A stretch of 64,000 bases of DNA from Rickettsiales bacterium (GCA_035765535.1 DASTXE010000001.1:224322-288321), one strand, 5' to 3'; positions 51,651 through 63,189 are shown, counted from the stretch's first letter. Made by a program: numbers and translations. Notes: generated by a model not told the origin, from the letters alone.

Positions 51651-52783
51651 GTGAAGCCCCTTTTCTCCCTTTTGCACGCCCCACGCTAAGCGAAGAGACT
51701 TATGCGGATGTGGAAGCAGTGCTGCGCTCCGGCTGGCTGACCACGGGCCCGCGCGTCGCGCAGTTTGAGCAGGATCTTTCGGCTTATTTTGGCGGTCGCG
51801 CCGTGCGCTGCCTTGCTTCGGCAACAGCAGGGCTGCAGCTGGCTTTAATGGCGATCGGTTTAAAACCGGGCGATGAAGTCATTACTACGCCGCTCACATT
51901 CGTAGCGACGCTTAACACGATTGTGCAGGCAGGCGGTAAGCCCGTGCTGGTGGATATTGACCCTGACACGCGCAATATGGATGTAAAACAGCTGGGGCGT
52001 GCCATCACGGCTAAAACCCGTGCAATCATGCCGGTACATTTCGCAGGGCTTCCGGTGGATATGGATCCGGTATATGAACTGGCAAAACAATACGGTCTGC
52101 GCGTGATTGAAGATACGGCGCACGCGATCGGCGCGGAATATAAAGGCAAGCGTATCGGCAGTTTCGGCGATATTGCTGTGATGAGCTTCCACCCGAACAA
52201 AAATATGACCACGGGCGAAGGCGGTGCGGTGGTGACGGACGATAAGGAAGTGTTGCGCCAGATTGAGCGTCTGCGTTTTCATGGCATCGACCGCGAAGCA
52301 TTCAACCGTTTCAGCAAAGGCGGCAGCCAGCATTACGATGTCGTCCTGCCGGGCTTCAAATATAATATGATGGATATCCAGGCGGCCATCGGCCTGCGCC
52401 AGCTTCCGATGCTGGACGGGTTTATCGACAGTCGTAAGGTGCTGGTGGAAGAATACCGCAAGCGGCTCTCCGGCATCAAAGCTCTTTCCCTGCCCACCGA
52501 TCCGTCTTACAGCCACCGCCATGCATGGCATTTGCTGACGGCGCTTGTGCCGGAGCGTGATGCATTCATCGAGAAAATGAAGGAAAAGAATATAGGGATC
52601 GGGATGCATTATGTCAGCGCGCACCTGTTTACCTATTACCGCGAAACGTTCGGCTTCAAACAGGGAGACTTTCCGAATGCGGAACGCGTAGGCTCGCAGA
52701 TTTGCAGCCTGCCGCTGTTCCCGCGCATGACACAGGAAGAGCTGGACCGTGTCGTAAAAGCGATTGAAGAAACATTATCATAA
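51647..52783 (+). CDS. arnB: DegT/DnrJ/EryC1/StrS aminotransferase (ArnB-like)
   Basis: 378 aa, PLP-lysine context SFHPNKNMTTGEGG. It overlaps the arnT stop. Confidence 0.8.
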   Translation: MSEAPFLPFARPTLSEETYADVEAVLRSGWLTTGPRVAQFEQDLSAYFGGRAVRCLASATAGLQLALMAIGLKPGDEVITTPLTFVATLNTIVQAGGKPVLVDIDPDTRNMDVKQLGRAITAKTRAIMPVHFAGLPVDMDPVYELAKQYGLRVIEDTAHAIGAEYKGKRIGSFGDIAVMSFHPNKNMTTGEGGAVVTDDKEVLRQIERLRFHGIDREAFNRFSKGGSQHYDVVLPGFKYNMMDIQAAIGLRQLPMLDGFIDSRKVLVEEYRKRLSGIKALSLPTDPSYSHRHAWHLLTALVPERDAFIEKMKEKNIGIGMHYVSAHLFTYYRETFGFKQGDFPNAERVGSQICSLPLFPRMTQEELDRVVKAIEETLS

Positions 52784-52797
52784 ATCATGGGTAGGAT

Positions 52798-53730
52798 ATG
52801 TATTTAAGCGTCGTCATTCCCGTCTATAACGAATCCGCAAATCTTGACCATCTCTGTTCGAGGCTGCTGCCCGTGCTGGATGCGCTGGGGAAGTCGTATG
52901 AAGTCATCATGACCAATGACGGCAGCAGGGACGATTCTCAGGCGATCCTGAACCGTCTGCACGCTGCACGTCCCGATGTCATCAAGGTGATCCAGTTTGC
53001 GCGCAATTACGGTCAGCACCCGGCGATTATGGCGGGCTTCCAGCTTTCCAAGGGTGATGTAGTCGTGACCATGGATGCCGACCTGCAGAACCCGCCGGAG
53101 GAAATCCCGAAGCTGCTTGCGCTGATCGATGCCGGTCATGACGTAGTCGGCGGTTACCGCGGAACACGTCTGGATTCAGCCTATCGCAAGTTCGTCTCCA
53201 AAATGTCCAACATTGTGCGCGCCAAGATTACGCGCATCGAGATGAAAGATCAGGGCTGCATGCTACGCGCTTACCGCCGCAATATCATCGACCTTATCCT
53301 TGAAAGCGATGAAAGCACACCCTTCATCACGGTGCTTGCGCAGTATTTCGCTAATAACCCCACAGAGGTGGAAGTGGCGCATGAAGAGCGTCATGGTGGC
53401 GTGTCAAACTATAATCTTTACAAGCTCATCCGCTATAACTTTGACCTGATGACAGGTTTTTCGCTTGTGCCGCTGCAGTTATTCACGATTCTGGGGATTG
53501 TGCTCTCCGGCATGAGCGGCATGCTCGTGATCGTGCTGGCGCTGAGGCGCATCTTCATCGGGCCGGAATCGCAGGGAGTGTTCACGCTTTTTGGCATTTT
53601 ATTCCTGCTGGTGGGGGTGGCCATTACCGGGCTGGGGCTGATCGGCGAATATGTAGGACGTATTTATCTTGAAGTGCGCAAGCGTCCGCGCTATGTGATA
53701 CGCAAGGTTTTGGGACAGGATAATCAATGA
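52798..53730 (+). CDS. arnC: GT2 polyprenyl-phosphate glycosyltransferase (ArnC-like)
   Basis: SVVIPVYNE..., the DGSRD and DADLQNPPE motifs, and two C-terminal TM helices. Confidence 0.8.
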   Translation: MYLSVVIPVYNESANLDHLCSRLLPVLDALGKSYEVIMTNDGSRDDSQAILNRLHAARPDVIKVIQFARNYGQHPAIMAGFQLSKGDVVVTMDADLQNPPEEIPKLLALIDAGHDVVGGYRGTRLDSAYRKFVSKMSNIVRAKITRIEMKDQGCMLRAYRRNIIDLILESDESTPFITVLAQYFANNPTEVEVAHEERHGGVSNYNLYKLIRYNFDLMTGFSLVPLQLFTILGIVLSGMSGMLVIVLALRRIFIGPESQGVFTLFGILFLLVGVAITGLGLIGEYVGRIYLEVRKRPRYVIRKVLGQDNQ

Positions 53731-54761
53731 AAATTCTTATACTCGGCGCTAACGGCTTTATCGGCAGTAATCTGATTGAACATATTGTGGCCAATCGGCC
53801 GGACTGGCAAATTACCGCGTTGGATATCGCCACGGATAAACTGGGCGATCTGGTTTCCAATCCGCGTGTAGGCTTCATTCAGGCCGATATGCGTGAAAGC
53901 CGCGCATGGATTGCCGATCAGGTGAAGCAGGTGGATGTGGTGCTGCCGCTGGTTGCGATTGCGACTCCCGCGACCTATGTCAGCGACCCGATTTCGGTAT
54001 TCGAGTTGGATTTCGAGGCGAATCTCGCCGTAGTGCGCGATTGCGTCAAATATAAGAAGCGCCTGATATTTCCCTCCACTTCAGAAGTTTACGGCATGAG
54101 CGACGATCTGCCGTATGATGAAGAGGAAAGCCGCCTGGTGACAGGGCCGATTCACAAGCAGCGCTGGATCTATTCCTGCAGCAAGCAGATGATGGATCGT
54201 GTGATCTACGCTTATGGTGCACGCGGTGACTTGCAGTTCACGCTGTTCCGTCCGTTCAACTGGATGGGACCGAAACTGGACAATGTCTGGTCGAACAAGG
54301 GCAAGAGCAGCCGCGTTGTTTCGCAGTTCTTAAGCGACATCTTTCATGATCGTGACATCCAGATCGTAGGCGATGGCAGCCAGCGCCGTTGTTTCCTGTA
54401 TATTGACGACGCAATCGAAGCGATGATGAAAATCATCGAGAATAAAGATGGTGTTGCGGATAGCCAGATCTTCAATATCGGCTGCCCTGAAAACGAAGCC
54501 TCCATCATGGAGTTGGCGCAGCAGCTGCTGGCGGCGGCGAAATCCTATCCGGAATTCGCAAACGTTAAAACGCAGATTCGCACCACCACAGCCGATGCGT
54601 ATTACGGCAAAGGTTATCAGGATGTGGACCGCCGCGTACCCAGCGTAAAGAAAGCCAACACCATATTAGATTGGCATGTAAAGACCAGCTTTGCCGACGC
54701 ACTGAAGAAAACCGTGGATTATTACATCAGCAATAAACCTGCTGCAGAGCAATCAGCCTAG
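53727..54761 (+). CDS. UDP-glucuronate decarboxylase, ArnA C-terminal-domain-only homologue
   Basis: Long collinear match to the E. coli ArnA dehydrogenase domain as I recall it (VVLPLVAIATP, FELDFE.NL, FPSTSEVYGM, RWIYS.SKQ, LQFTLFRPFNWMGP.LDN). No formyltransferase domain is present. Confidence 0.85.
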   Translation: MKILILGANGFIGSNLIEHIVANRPDWQITALDIATDKLGDLVSNPRVGFIQADMRESRAWIADQVKQVDVVLPLVAIATPATYVSDPISVFELDFEANLAVVRDCVKYKKRLIFPSTSEVYGMSDDLPYDEEESRLVTGPIHKQRWIYSCSKQMMDRVIYAYGARGDLQFTLFRPFNWMGPKLDNVWSNKGKSSRVVSQFLSDIFHDRDIQIVGDGSQRRCFLYIDDAIEAMMKIIENKDGVADSQIFNIGCPENEASIMELAQQLLAAAKSYPEFANVKTQIRTTTADAYYGKGYQDVDRRVPSVKKANTILDWHVKTSFADALKKTVDYYISNKPAAEQSA

Positions 54762-55765
54762 CTTTTTTGTAAGGTTAATACAGCATTGCTGATAAGCAGC
54801 GCGGGAGGAATCACGCCGGATTTGATCTCTTTCTCCGTACGCAGCAACAGCGTGAGCGATTGCGATATTCGGGCGGGCGACAGCCGAGAAAGCGCGCGTT
54901 CTATAATCGGTACGGATTTAAAAAAGACCGGCGGCCGCAGCATTTTAATCGCCTGTTCGCGGCTCTGACCCGAAGCAATATGGCCGTGAGCGATATCAAG
55001 CCGCTGGAAATAACGTATCAGTGAGCGGACGATTGCCACAGGCTGTGTTCCCTCATTGAGCAAGTGCGCAAGCAGCTTTCCTGAGTCTTCGGACTTGCCA
55101 AGTGCAATACTATTGCATAAATCGTCAATGCTTTCCGAGGCGTTATTTCCTGTAAGCTGCATGGCGATGGGGAGCGTCACTTCTTTCTCATTGCCCATAT
55201 AAAGCGCGAGCTTCTCCAGTTCGCTGCGCGTGACCATTCTGTCATTGCCGAGATTATCCGTCAGATACATCAGCGCATCCCGGTTTACGTTTAGGCCAAA
55301 CCCGGTAAGAGTGGTGCGGATAAGTTCTTCCAGCCCGCGTCCTTCCTCAAGATAGCAAGCGATAGCGGCAAAATAATCTTCCTTCTCGAAAAGCTTGCGT
55401 AGCGCTGAGCTTGTTGGCAGTTCCTCCGCTTCGATGATCAAATAGGTAGAGTTTTTCCGTTCGAAAGCAGATTTGATAATCGGTTCGATTTTTTCTATCG
55501 GATCGCGCACGATCACCACGCGGTTTCCGCCCATCAGGCTTAAGGCATTGAGCTCGTCCAGCAGAAGTGCCGGATCGGACTTGATCTGATTGCCATTCAG
55601 CTCGATACGGTTAAGCGGGTCCGGATTCTTTCCAAGAATAGTGGCGGCGATTTCTCGTGAACGTTCCCGCACCAATCCGCTATCCGGGCCATATAGCAGG
55701 GCGGCCTGTGTCTGCCGGTCCGGCTGCTTCAGGAAAGCTGCTATATCTCGCGGGGTTATTTTCAT
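54758..55765 (-). CDS. holA: DNA polymerase III subunit delta
   Basis: 335 aa with N-terminus LLYGPDSGLVRE. It lies downstream of lptE, the conserved leuS-lptE-holA order. Confidence 0.85.
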   Translation of the reverse strand: MKITPRDIAAFLKQPDRQTQAALLYGPDSGLVRERSREIAATILGKNPDPLNRIELNGNQIKSDPALLLDELNALSLMGGNRVVIVRDPIEKIEPIIKSAFERKNSTYLIIEAEELPTSSALRKLFEKEDYFAAIACYLEEGRGLEELIRTTLTGFGLNVNRDALMYLTDNLGNDRMVTRSELEKLALYMGNEKEVTLPIAMQLTGNNASESIDDLCNSIALGKSEDSGKLLAHLLNEGTQPVAIVRSLIRYFQRLDIAHGHIASGQSREQAIKMLRPPVFFKSVPIIERALSRLSPARISQSLTLLLRTEKEIKSGVIPPALLISNAVLTLQKS

Positions 55766-56280
55766 TCTTTTCCGGCAAAATATCCTGACAGACGCAGCAT
55801 GTAATCTTCGGCAAGCTCTTCAATGCTGCGCTTAATCACATCCTGTTCTGCTTCATAAGTGGCGAAGTTAGCGTTAACCGTGACGTTATAGCTGCCGGTA
55901 CGTTCCATATGGCCGGTTAGCAGCAATTTATTATCTGCTGTACGCAGGAGTTTGAAATCGGATTGGATCTTTACGTTATAACGCTGAATAGTGCCGTCAC
56001 TCTGCACAACTGCGGGAATGAGCGCTCTGGAAATCCCTATCTGTAAGCGATAATCCGGAGTGGCCGTGCGTTGACCTTCCGGATTAAGCTTGTCTTCCAG
56101 TGAGTTCTTCAGCATCTGCCCTTCATGCCCCGGAATGGGATCAATAGCCAGGTTGCCGGAAAGCGGGCTATCGGAGCTGAGACCAGAATGCTGGCCGTAC
56201 ATCGGCTGGAATCCGCAACCAGCCAAAACCAGAAAACAGGCTATAAAAGATACGCTGACAGCTTTACGCAACGACCACAT
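55762..56280 (-). CDS. lptE: LPS-assembly lipoprotein LptE
   Basis: Start set at [24 protein letters not shown] (lipobox). Its position between leuS and holA supports the call. Confidence 0.7.
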   Translation of the reverse strand: MWSLRKAVSVSFIACFLVLAGCGFQPMYGQHSGLSSDSPLSGNLAIDPIPGHEGQMLKNSLEDKLNPEGQRTATPDYRLQIGISRALIPAVVQSDGTIQRYNVKIQSDFKLLRTADNKLLLTGHMERTGSYNVTVNANFATYEAEQDVIKRSIEELAEDYMLRLSGYFAGKE

Positions 56281-58789
56281 TGACGATTTTCCCCGGTACA
56301 AAGATGATTTTTTTGATCTGTTTGTCCTGGATGGAATCCTGCACGTTTTTGGTGGCCATTGCAAGCGCTTCGACTTCCTCTCGCGGTGCGTTGGCTTTGC
56401 AGGAGATGGTCGTGCGCAGCTTTCCATTCACCTGCACGGCAATCGTGATCTCATCTTCCACGCACAAAGCGGGGTCTGCTTTAGGCCATGAGCGCAAGCA
56501 AAGCATGTCCTGATGACCGGACTGCAGCCATAATTCCTCCGCCAGATGCGGCATGAACGGAGCAATAAGGTGCATAAGGGTTTCACGCGCTTCCTTCAAC
56601 GCTTCAGCCGAAGCCTGCAAGGACTTTTCCAGCAGATTGCTTAGTTCTCTAATGCGGGCGATAGCCTTATTGAAATGAAAACGTTCGATATCTTCCGTGA
56701 CGCGCACAATGGTGCGATGCGTTTCCTGCTGAAGCTTGAATGAAACGCTTTCGTCGATAGCGCCTTGCGTTCCTGTATTCTCCAGCAGCACGCGCCATAA
56801 TTTATTCACGTAACGCCAGGAACCTTCAATCCCTGCTTCCGTCCATTCAAGGTCACGGTCCGGCGGGGAATCGGATAGCATGAAAAGGCGGGCCGTATCC
56901 GCACCGTATGCGGTGATGATAGCGCGCGGATCGACCGTATTTTTCTTCGACTTGCTCATCTTTTCGGAGCGGCCGACAGTGACAGGTTTGCCGTTCTTTT
57001 TATCAACCAGCGCATCGCCCTGCTTAACGATATCTTCCGGATAGAGCCAGTTTCCTGCGGCATCCTTATAGGTTTCGTGGCAGATCATGCCCTGTGTCAT
57101 GAGGCCCTTGAACGGTTCCTCCACATCCAGATATCCGCAATGTTTGAGCGCACGCGTGAAGAATCGGGCGTAGAGCAGATGCAGTACGGCATGTTCCACA
57201 CCGCCGATATATTTATCCACCGGCATGAAGCGTTTGATCGCTTCCGCATTAAGCGGAACCTGTTCGGAAGGCAGGCTGCAGAAGCGCGCGAAATACCAGG
57301 AAGACTCGAAGAACGTATCGAAAGTGTCGGTCTCGCGGGTGGCTGCTTTGCCGCAGGTCGGGCAATTCACATGCTTCCAGGTCGGGTGATGCGCGAGCGG
57401 ATTGCCGGGTTTGTCGAAAGTCACGTCTTCCGGCAGCTTCACCGGCAGGTCTTTATCCGGCACGGGAACGGCGCCGCATGCATCGCAATAAATGATCGGA
57501 ATCGGGCAGCCCCAGTAACGCTGGCGTGAAATACCCCAGTCGCGCAGGCGGTAATTGATCGTCTTTTCTCCTGCACTGAGCTTCACGAGCTCTGCAATCG
57601 CTTTTTCCTTGGCTTCAGCTACATCCAGTCCGTTGAGGAAGCCAGAATTGATGATTTTTCCGTCACCCGTATAGGCTTCGGTAAGTGTTCCGCCATCGCC
57701 AACAACCGGAATAATCGGGAGACTGTATTTTGTGGCGAAGTCAAAGTCGCGTTGGTCATGCGCTGGGCAGCCAAAAATAGCGCCCGTGCCATATTCCATG
57801 AGCACAAAATTAGCGACATAGACCGGATGTTCACGACCCGCTTCAAACGGATGCTGGACTTTCAGGCCGGTGTCGAAGCCTTTCTTCTCAGCCTTCTCAA
57901 TGGCTTCTTCGCTTGTGCCAATACGGTTGCATTCTTCAATGAAAGCGGCAAGCTGTGGATTGGAAGCTGCGAGTTCCTGCGCCAGCGGATGATTCGGCGA
58001 AATGGCGCAGAATGACATGCCGAACAACGTATCCGGCCTGGTGGTGAAGACTTCAATATCTTGCGCCTTATTGTCGGCCACTTTGAATGTCAGCTTTGCG
58101 CCGATGGATTTTCCGATCCAGCGTTCCTGCATCGTGCGGACTTTTTCCGGCCAGTCGGAAAGCGTGGTCAGGCCTTCCAGTAGCGCATCTGAAAAGTCAG
58201 AGATTTTTAGGAACCACTGGGAGAGCTTTTTGCGTTCTACCAGTGCGCCTGAACGCCAGCCGCGCCCTTCAATTACCTGCTCGTTAGCGAGTACAGTGTT
58301 ATCGATTGGGTCCCAATTAACGAAGGATTCCTTGCGATAGGCTAGGCCCTTTTTCAAAAACTCGATAAAGAATTTCTGCTCATGGCGATAATAATCCGGA
58401 TCGCAGGTCGCCAGTTCACGCGCCCAGTCATAGGAAAGCCCGATGGTTTTGAGCTGATCGCGCATCGTAGCGATATTCTGGTAGGTCCATTTGCCCGGGT
58501 GGATACCACGTTCAATCGCAGCGTTTTCCGCTGGCAGTCCGAAAGCGTCCCATCCCATCGGGTGCAATACGTCGAAACCGCATGCTCTCTTATAACGTGC
58601 TACAACATCGCCGAGCGTATAATTGCGCACATGCCCCATATGGATATTGCCGGAGGGGTAGGGGAACATTTCCAGCACATAGTAAGAAGGGCCTTGCATT
58701 GCCCCCGCACTAAAAACCTTTTTTTCTTCCCACAGCTTCTGCCATTTCTGTTCGGTTTCGCGGAAATTATAACGGGGCGCTTCTGACAT
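56264..58789 (-). CDS. leuS: leucine--tRNA ligase
   Basis: 841 aa with HMGH (PSGNIHMGH) and KMSKS motifs. Confidence 0.95.
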   Translation of the reverse strand: MSEAPRYNFRETEQKWQKLWEEKKVFSAGAMQGPSYYVLEMFPYPSGNIHMGHVRNYTLGDVVARYKRACGFDVLHPMGWDAFGLPAENAAIERGIHPGKWTYQNIATMRDQLKTIGLSYDWARELATCDPDYYRHEQKFFIEFLKKGLAYRKESFVNWDPIDNTVLANEQVIEGRGWRSGALVERKKLSQWFLKISDFSDALLEGLTTLSDWPEKVRTMQERWIGKSIGAKLTFKVADNKAQDIEVFTTRPDTLFGMSFCAISPNHPLAQELAASNPQLAAFIEECNRIGTSEEAIEKAEKKGFDTGLKVQHPFEAGREHPVYVANFVLMEYGTGAIFGCPAHDQRDFDFATKYSLPIIPVVGDGGTLTEAYTGDGKIINSGFLNGLDVAEAKEKAIAELVKLSAGEKTINYRLRDWGISRQRYWGCPIPIIYCDACGAVPVPDKDLPVKLPEDVTFDKPGNPLAHHPTWKHVNCPTCGKAATRETDTFDTFFESSWYFARFCSLPSEQVPLNAEAIKRFMPVDKYIGGVEHAVLHLLYARFFTRALKHCGYLDVEEPFKGLMTQGMICHETYKDAAGNWLYPEDIVKQGDALVDKKNGKPVTVGRSEKMSKSKKNTVDPRAIITAYGADTARLFMLSDSPPDRDLEWTEAGIEGSWRYVNKLWRVLLENTGTQGAIDESVSFKLQQETHRTIVRVTEDIERFHFNKAIARIRELSNLLEKSLQASAEALKEARETLMHLIAPFMPHLAEELWLQSGHQDMLCLRSWPKADPALCVEDEITIAVQVNGKLRTTISCKANAPREEVEALAMATKNVQDSIQDKQIKKIIFVPGKIVNVVVA

Positions 58790-58813
58790 ATGCTGGTGAT
58801 GATAGAAAAGAGC

Positions 58814-59329
58814 TTATTTAGGCTGGGCGATGCGCAGTTCCCGCGCACGGGTCAGGATAGCATCTTCCAGATCATGCGCCATGCCGGGGGTGACATCAAT
58901 ATCGCGCCACACGCCTTTATTGTCGCGACGCTGCTTGAAGACGCTGACGCGAATGGCATCCGCGCGCAATGCGCTGTCCGTGATAAGCGCGTTGACTTTG
59001 TAACGCTCACCCCTGGCTTTGGGATCTTCATACCAGTCGGTAATGATGACGCCGCCGAACGGGTCGGCAGAGGCAAGCGGCATGAAGGAGAGCGTATCGA
59101 GCGTAGCGCGCCACAGATAGCTGTTCACGCTGATGCCCGGGACACCGCTGCTTTTATCGCCGGAAGAGAACAGACCGGCGCCGCCCGTAAGGCTGCCGCG
59201 GCTTTCCTTCAGTTCGAGGTTGGAATTGACAGGGGCTTCCGCCTTGCCGTTCGCAAACAATCCGCATCCACTGACAAGTAGCAGGAGAGCAGCGCTTGCG
59301 CAGGAATTTATGAGTGGTTTTTTGTTCAT
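58814..59329 (-). CDS. lipoprotein, DUF3576-like
   Basis: Lipobox LLVSGCGLF. It sits upstream of leuS, as I recall for alphaproteobacterial DUF3576 genes. Confidence 0.55.
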   Translation of the reverse strand: MNKKPLINSCASAALLLLVSGCGLFANGKAEAPVNSNLELKESRGSLTGGAGLFSSGDKSSGVPGISVNSYLWRATLDTLSFMPLASADPFGGVIITDWYEDPKARGERYKVNALITDSALRADAIRVSVFKQRRDNKGVWRDIDVTPGMAHDLEDAILTRARELRIAQPK

Positions 59330-59386
59330 GGAATATGTATATAAGCAATACTAAACCTTAGATCAATAAATTAGATATAACGAACG

Positions 59387-60649
59387 ATGAAAATTCTTGT
59401 CATAGGTTCCGGCGCCAGGGAACATGCGATTGCATGGCGCATCAAACAGTCTCCGCTTGTCTCTCAGGTGTTCTGCGCTCCCGGTAACGGCGGGATCGGG
59501 CTGGACGTGACGAATGTTGCCATTTCAGCGCAGGCGGAAATAGTGGCTTTCTGCCAGAAAGAAGGAATCGGCCTGGTCGTAGTGGGGCCGGAAGTGCCGC
59601 TTGTGGAAGGGTTGGCGGATACTTTGAATGCAAATAATATCCCTGTCTTTGGCCCCTCTGCCAAGGCGGCGCAGCTGGAAGGCTCCAAAGGCTTTACCAA
59701 AGATATCTGCCGTAAATATAATATTCCCACGGCAGATTATGAACGATTCACCGCGCTCGCTCCGGCGGTAGATTATATAAAGCAAAAAGGCGCGCCGATT
59801 GTTGTTAAGGCGGATGGGCTTGCAGCGGGCAAAGGGGTTGTAGTGGCCATGACGCTGGAGGAGGCGGTTGCAGCCGTAACGGATATCATGGGCGGCAAAT
59901 TCGGCGAGTCCGGCGCTTCCGTTGTGATTGAAGAGTTTCTGGAAGGTGAGGAAGTGAGTTTCTTTGCGCTGACGGACGGCGAGGAAGCCATTGAGTTCGG
60001 CTCTGCGCAAGACCATAAACGCGCCTATGATGGCGACAAAGGACCGAATACAGGCGGCATGGGAACCTATTCACCCGCACCCATCATGACGGATGCCATG
60101 CGCAAGCGCGTGATGGATGAGATCATCCATCCTACAGTGAAAGCCATGGCGGCGGAAGGCATGCCCTATAAAGGTGTGCTGTTCGCAGGACTTATGATGA
60201 CAAAAAACGGACCGAAGCTGATCGAATATAATGTGCGTTTTGGTGATCCTGAAACCCAGTCGCTCATGATGCGCCTGGAAAGTGATCTGGTGCCGGCGCT
60301 GATGGCTTGCGTTAAAGGCGGCCTGGATAAAGTGGATATCCGTTTTAAGCCCGAAGCAGCGCTCTGTGTCGTCATGGCGGCAAAGGGTTACCCGGAAGCC
60401 TATGAAAAAGGTAGCGTGATTAACGGACTCGATGCCGTATCGTCTATGCCGAACGTGAAGGTATTTCATGCAGGCACGCAGGCTAATGGCGGCAATGTGA
60501 TTGCCATCGGCGGACGTGTTCTGGGCGTGACGGCGTTGGCACCGACCATAGCCGAGGCACAGACGCGCGCCTATGAGGCGGTAGATAAAATACACTGGCC
60601 GCAAGGCTTCTGCCGCAGGGATATCGGCAGCAAAGTGGTAGGTAAATAA
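59387..60649 (+). CDS. purD: phosphoribosylamine--glycine ligase
   Basis: [14 protein letters not shown]..., ATP-grasp core, 420 aa. Confidence 0.95.
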   Translation: MKILVIGSGAREHAIAWRIKQSPLVSQVFCAPGNGGIGLDVTNVAISAQAEIVAFCQKEGIGLVVVGPEVPLVEGLADTLNANNIPVFGPSAKAAQLEGSKGFTKDICRKYNIPTADYERFTALAPAVDYIKQKGAPIVVKADGLAAGKGVVVAMTLEEAVAAVTDIMGGKFGESGASVVIEEFLEGEEVSFFALTDGEEAIEFGSAQDHKRAYDGDKGPNTGGMGTYSPAPIMTDAMRKRVMDEIIHPTVKAMAAEGMPYKGVLFAGLMMTKNGPKLIEYNVRFGDPETQSLMMRLESDLVPALMACVKGGLDKVDIRFKPEAALCVVMAAKGYPEAYEKGSVINGLDAVSSMPNVKVFHAGTQANGGNVIAIGGRVLGVTALAPTIAEAQTRAYEAVDKIHWPQGFCRRDIGSKVVGK

Positions 60650-62107
60650 ATGATGGCCGAACCGGAAGTCGTCAGCCTGCAACATAACCAGTTCGCTTAC
60701 AGTGTCAGCGAGATTTCGACGGCGCTGAAGCGGGTGGTCGAAGATAATTTCGGCCAGGTGCGCGTGCGGGGTGAAATTTCCGGCTGGAAACTGGCCAGTT
60801 CAGGCCATGCTTATCTAAAGCTTAAAGACGCCAATGCGGTGCTCGACGCGGTATGCTGGAAAGGTATTGTCAGCAAATTGCCATTCAGGCCGGAAGATGG
60901 AATTGAAGTCATCTGTTCCGGTAAAATTACGACCTATCCGGGCCGCTCCAATTATCAGATCGTAATCGATTTCATGGAACCCGCCGGGGCAGGGGCCCTG
61001 ATGGCGCTGCTCGAAAAACGCAAAAAAATGCTGGCGGCAGAGGGCTTGTTCGATGAAAAGCGCAAGAAGCCGTTGCCGTTCATGCCGCAGGTTATAGGTG
61101 TGGTAACATCCCCGACAGGGGCTGTGATCCGCGATATACTGCACCGCCTGAGCGACCGTTTTGCATGCCATGTGGTGGTCTGGCCAGTGGCCGTACAGGG
61201 CGAGGGCGCAGCAGAACAGGTTGCCCGTGCGGTAGAAGGATTTAATAAGTATGGAATCCAGATAGCAGGCAATGGCTTTCAGGTGAATTTATGCGAAGGG
61301 GCAGAGCAGGGGGCTGATCTCTTTAGTGGAAACGGCATCGCTCCAACCTCTATCAAGCCTGACCTTATTATCGTGGCGCGCGGTGGCGGTTCGCTGGAAG
61401 ATTTATGGGCGTTTAACGAAGAAGTGGTCGTGCGCGCGGTCGCTGCCTCCGCCATTCCGGTGATCTCAGCCGTAGGGCATGAAACCGATACCACGCTGAT
61501 CGACTATGTTTCCGACCGGCGCGCGCCCACTCCCACGGCGGCAGCGGAAATGGCGGTGCCGGTGCGGGCTGAACTGATCCTGGCGATCAACGAGCTTGAA
61601 AAGCGTATATCCGTGGCGGCGTTGCGGACGGTGCAGGTGCGTGAGGACAGGGTAAGCGGGCTTGCAAGGGGATTGCCTAATCCCGTAGTCCTGCTGGAAA
61701 CCGCAACCCAACGTCTGGACGATTGGAGTGAGCGTCTTGCTGGGGCGCTGCCAGCTTCTCTTAATGGCAAGAATCAGCAACTGGCTGTTGCGGCCGCAAA
61801 GCTGCAGCCGGGGAATCTGCTTACTCATATTAAAAATGACACGGCAAAGTTGGAAGAAGCAGGAGGACGCATGGCGCGCCTGATGCTGCGCGGCATCGAA
61901 GACCGGGAAAGCAAGCTTGAAGCGATGGGTAAATTACTGAATTCATTGGATTATAAAAGTGTTTTGGAACGCGGATTTGCGGTGGTACGCAATGAAAATG
62001 GACAGGTTATAACGCGTGCTGCTGCGCTGCAGCAACAAGAGAAGCTTGAGTTAGAGTTTTTTGACGGTATAAAGACTATAGCAAATTGTGTTATAAGGGA
62101 AAACTGA
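60650..62107 (+). CDS. xseA: exodeoxyribonuclease VII large subunit
   Basis: OB-fold N-terminus (VRVRGEISGW...SGHAYLKLKD), ARGGGSLEDLW and HETD motifs. Confidence 0.9.
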   Translation: MMAEPEVVSLQHNQFAYSVSEISTALKRVVEDNFGQVRVRGEISGWKLASSGHAYLKLKDANAVLDAVCWKGIVSKLPFRPEDGIEVICSGKITTYPGRSNYQIVIDFMEPAGAGALMALLEKRKKMLAAEGLFDEKRKKPLPFMPQVIGVVTSPTGAVIRDILHRLSDRFACHVVVWPVAVQGEGAAEQVARAVEGFNKYGIQIAGNGFQVNLCEGAEQGADLFSGNGIAPTSIKPDLIIVARGGGSLEDLWAFNEEVVVRAVAASAIPVISAVGHETDTTLIDYVSDRRAPTPTAAAEMAVPVRAELILAINELEKRISVAALRTVQVREDRVSGLARGLPNPVVLLETATQRLDDWSERLAGALPASLNGKNQQLAVAAAKLQPGNLLTHIKNDTAKLEEAGGRMARLMLRGIEDRESKLEAMGKLLNSLDYKSVLERGFAVVRNENGQVITRAAALQQQEKLELEFFDGIKTIANCVIREN

Positions 62108-62109
62108 CA

Positions 62110-62622
62110 TTGAAAACGCTCTATCTGTTACGCCACGCCAAAGCCGAGCCCGCCAGCAGCAAGGGAGAAGATATCGACAGAAAGCTCGCTCCGCGTGGAC
62201 GTGAGGCGTGCGGCACGATCGGTGAATACATGAAACGCAAAAATTATCATCCCGGCCTTGTGCTCTGCTCCGCAGCCGCACGCACGCATGAAACCTTTGA
62301 GCTGGTAATGGAAGCGGCCGGGCTCTCACCCAAACATATATTCGAAAAAGATCTGTACTATTGCAGTGCGGAAGAAATCATTACCCGCCTTCATGATATT
62401 GAGGATGAAGTAGACTCTGTCATGATTGTAGGGCATAATCCGGTCATGCACCATCTGGCGCTGGTGATGGCCCAGCCTGTGAGCAGCGACCTGCATGCGG
62501 AACTGGAGCTGAAATACCCGACCGGTTCGCTGACGGTCCTGCGTTTTGCGGAAGGTTCCTGGGCGGATGTCAGGCCGGGAAGTGGCGAACTTGCTGATTT
62601 TGTAACCCCTTCGGGTTCATAA
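62110..62622 (+). CDS. histidine phosphatase family protein (SixA-like)
   Basis: LYLLRHAKA catalytic RHA motif and GHNP. A TTG start at 62110 directly follows the xseA stop; the alternative is the ATG at 62086. Confidence 0.7.
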   Translation: MKTLYLLRHAKAEPASSKGEDIDRKLAPRGREACGTIGEYMKRKNYHPGLVLCSAAARTHETFELVMEAAGLSPKHIFEKDLYYCSAEEIITRLHDIEDEVDSVMIVGHNPVMHHLALVMAQPVSSDLHAELELKYPTGSLTVLRFAEGSWADVRPGSGELADFVTPSGS

Positions 62623-62640
62623 GGATGAGCGGAAATTCAT

Positions 62641-63105
62641 ATGGCAAAAAAACCGGCCGACCCTTCAGCGAATAAGTCTAAAAGAAGAATGGGCATCCTC
62701 ATGGCGCTTTCGATTGCGGGCGCAGGGGTGCTGAAAATGAGTTTCCTCTTCTTTTTCATCGGCATGATTCCCGCCATGGTGGCCTATATCGTGGACCATG
62801 ATCCGAAGAAATATACTTCCTATACCGTCGCCGCGCTTAACTTTGCCGGTATGTTTCCGTATATGATGGACGTTTACGCGCAAGGGGGCACACTGCTCGC
62901 TATTAAAGACCGGCTGACCGATCCGCTAGTCTGGTTCGTCATGTATGGCTCGGCCGGGCTCGGGTGGGTGATTGTGCATTGCAGTCCGCTGATTGCAGCC
63001 GTGGTGCTCGACGGCCTCTATAAAGGCCGCATCCTGCATCTGGAAATACAGCAGAAAAGAGCCATCGAGGATTGGGGCAAGGAAGTGGTCGGACGCGAGG
63101 AATAA
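62641..63105 (+). CDS. hypothetical membrane protein
   Basis: 154 aa with 3-4 hydrophobic helices. No motif recognised. Confidence 0.45.
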   Translation: MAKKPADPSANKSKRRMGILMALSIAGAGVLKMSFLFFFIGMIPAMVAYIVDHDPKKYTSYTVAALNFAGMFPYMMDVYAQGGTLLAIKDRLTDPLVWFVMYGSAGLGWVIVHCSPLIAAVVLDGLYKGRILHLEIQQKRAIEDWGKEVVGREE

Positions 63106-63189
63106 CCGGGTTTACAATTGCCTTTTCGGGTATTAGTCTGCGCTCGCGCACCTGCACAATCATTACCATTAATAGATTTGAGTGAAACG

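Noticed and set aside
56281-56427. The 49-aa N-terminal extension of the lptE ORF, running into leuS.
   Set aside because: The extension is Arg/Lys/Ser-rich junk overlapping the leuS coding sequence. The internal ATG at 56280 gives a proper lipoprotein signal peptide.
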